Shown: positions 12,278-13,906 of the stretch, piece by piece
Position numbering within the stretch: the first letter of the stretch is position 1
Layout: every line of letters begins with the position of its first letter
NCBI GenBank assembly: GCA_038872135.1
Contig: JAVZGN010000023.1
Coordinates: 1-13,906, forward strand
Length of the DNA: 13,906 nt
Direction of reading: 5' to 3'
From: Candidatus Hadarchaeales archaeon
Lineage (GTDB): Archaea; Hadarchaeota; Hadarchaeia; Hadarchaeales; Hadarchaeaceae
Made by a program: the position numbers and the translations under genes
The notes under the pieces: model-generated
The model's input: only the letters and a program-made list of their open reading frames with translations
Databases searched by the model: none
Told to the model about the DNA's origin: nothing

Positions 12278-13906
12278 ATGCGCAGGCGCCCGCTGCATGA
12301 AGATGAGCGGGGGGTGTGGGTTTCCCTCGCTGCTGTCTTAATGGTAGCTATTTTCGCAATTTCCCTCTCCGTTTACTATGTGAGAGTTCTCCCCGAGCTC
12401 CAGAAACAGCAGGAGTCCACCTATTCCTCCCTCGCAAAGCAGGACTTCATTTCTTTTGCCAACAAGATTTCCCAGCTCACCCCGGGGAAGAGCGTGACGA
12501 TTTCCGCTCCAGTGGCCGTGACCCCTGCCGGAACCCAGGTATCCGTCGACGCCTTCTTCTCCCTCCCCGTCGCAGTCAACCCAACCCTCATGATCAAGAC
12601 ATTCAACACCAGACAGGACTATCTGGAGGGGATGGACTGGAGCGAAAATGGGCTCCACGAAAACATATGGGTGGGTGATGGATACATAACCCTTGACAAC
12701 GAGTGGTGGGGGAACACCTTCATCACAAACACCCACCGTGATGTCGACTATGAGATAACCTCGTATTCCAACCTAGTTTCCTTCAGGTTTGTTGCGGAGA
12801 AGACGGGAGTCATAGAAAACATCTGGTTCTGGGTGTACGTTTACACCTCCGACTACCCAGCCCTGAGAGTGGAATATCAGGACAACACTTACGAGGATCT
12901 GTATCCAATCGAGGATGCCCAGACAAACAGCGGTTCCTCCACAACCAACTATGGCGCCGACACCGATTATATCATTGGAGCAACGACGACAAGGGCATAT
13001 AGAGTTTACATGAAGTTTGATCTCTCGAGAATCCAGCAGAAGCCGGTTCGGAAGGCTCTCCTCGCCCTCTCCTGCTACGACAACGACTACGTTTCTTCTA
13101 CCGGTGCCCCTCTCCAAGTTTACTCCACAAGTGATAGCTGGAACGAGGACAGCATCACCTGGAGCACCCAGCCGGCGGAAATCACTCTCCTCGCCGAGAA
13201 CACAATCAAAGAAAAATACGTTACATACTACTGGGACATTACAAACTATATCCAGTCGGAGATGGCCGGGGATAACATCGCCTCGGTGGTGATCAGAGCA
13301 GCCAATGAAACTCCAACAGAGGCTAAGGACGCTTCGTTCAACTCGATGGAGAAACTCTCAGCAGAGGCCTGGGTGGCGGCAGACGATAACTGTCGTCCGG
13401 GAACAGAGCTGACAACCCCAACGGGAGTGAGGTTCAACCGCGGAGGGGTCTGGTCTTCCAGCCGCAACATCGGGTGGGTGGGAGTTCATGGTCTCAATCT
13501 TCCTGTGACGAAGGACAACATCTATCACTTTGTTATTAAACCGCTGGGTGGCTATCAAACCCCCAACGTTTACTCCTACTTTGTAGTTGGGTTCATGAAG
13601 CCCAGGAATGCCAGATGGACTAACGGAGACCCCAGGTGGGCAAGCGAGAGGGCAGTTCTCTACTATGGGATAACAGAGGGAGTCAGATCGTGGAATGAGG
13701 AGTGGAATTACATTGAAGATGCCGAGCCAACGTTTATCTTGAGGTACAGCGATGGCTCCTTTGGAGGGAACCCAAATCACGCAGGTTTCAAGTTCTATCC
13801 TGAGAAGTATTACTACCCGGACATCGGGGAGAATGGGGATGATAGAACATACATCTCCTACCTGTATTCTTCGTACGAATACTCCGCCGGGAAGATTTAC
13901 TCCTCC
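12278..13906 (+). CDS. Large secreted/surface protein with a class III (pilin-like) signal peptide and a DNRLRE/CBM96-like domain; partial (>543 aa), not in the ORF track
   Basis: The frame is open from ATG 12278 to the window end. N-terminus MRRRPLHEDERG|VWVSLAAVLMVAIFAISLSVYY. Internal motifs LYPIEDA...TTNYG...RVYMKFDLS...WNEDSITWSTQP...WDITNYI...FNSMEK. Confidence 0.85.
   Translation, partial: MRRRPLHEDERGVWVSLAAVLMVAIFAISLSVYYVRVLPELQKQQESTYSSLAKQDFISFANKISQLTPGKSVTISAPVAVTPAGTQVSVDAFFSLPVAVNPTLMIKTFNTRQDYLEGMDWSENGLHENIWVGDGYITLDNEWWGNTFITNTHRDVDYEITSYSNLVSFRFVAEKTGVIENIWFWVYVYTSDYPALRVEYQDNTYEDLYPIEDAQTNSGSSTTNYGADTDYIIGATTTRAYRVYMKFDLSRIQQKPVRKALLALSCYDNDYVSSTGAPLQVYSTSDSWNEDSITWSTQPAEITLLAENTIKEKYVTYYWDITNYIQSEMAGDNIASVVIRAANETPTEAKDASFNSMEKLSAEAWVAADDNCRPGTELTTPTGVRFNRGGVWSSSRNIGWVGVHGLNLPVTKDNIYHFVIKPLGGYQTPNVYSYFVVGFMKPRNARWTNGDPRWASERAVLYYGITEGVRSWNEEWNYIEDAEPTFILRYSDGSFGGNPNHAGFKFYPEKYYYPDIGENGDDRTYISYLYSSYEYSAGKIYSS

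Noticed and set aside
12316-13780. Track ORFs in the right-hand 1.6 kb
   Set aside because: They are shadows of the long + strand CDS starting at 12278, which the track omitted because it has no stop in the window.

Overview
Archaeal genomic window, judged from TATA/BRE promoters, leaderless starts and archaeal marker genes; a Hadarchaeota-like lineage is only a guess. The left end is an accessory patch next to the 3' end of tRNA-Val(CAC). It holds a complete IS481-family element (110-1448, 26-bp terminal inverted repeats) carrying a DUF2080 passenger gene, and a frameshifted nucleotidyltransferase with a small partner gene. The rest is mostly housekeeping: a pilin-like protein, the two aconitase-X/phosphomevalonate dehydratase subunits, a TIP49/RuvB-like ATPase, an MBL hydrolase, DUF504, a CPA2 antiporter, a DUF3147-like membrane protein, a MinD-type ATPase, a repeat-expanded coiled-coil protein, GTP-dependent dephospho-CoA kinase, and a large secreted DNRLRE-domain protein running off the right end. 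The most unusual feature is a ~680-bp locus (6382-7058). It has eight copies of a near-perfect 16-bp palindrome, GTGGACACGTGTCTAC (CACGTG core, parS-like geometry), bracketing a standalone 82-aa Cas2/VapD-like ORF upstream of the TIP49 gene.
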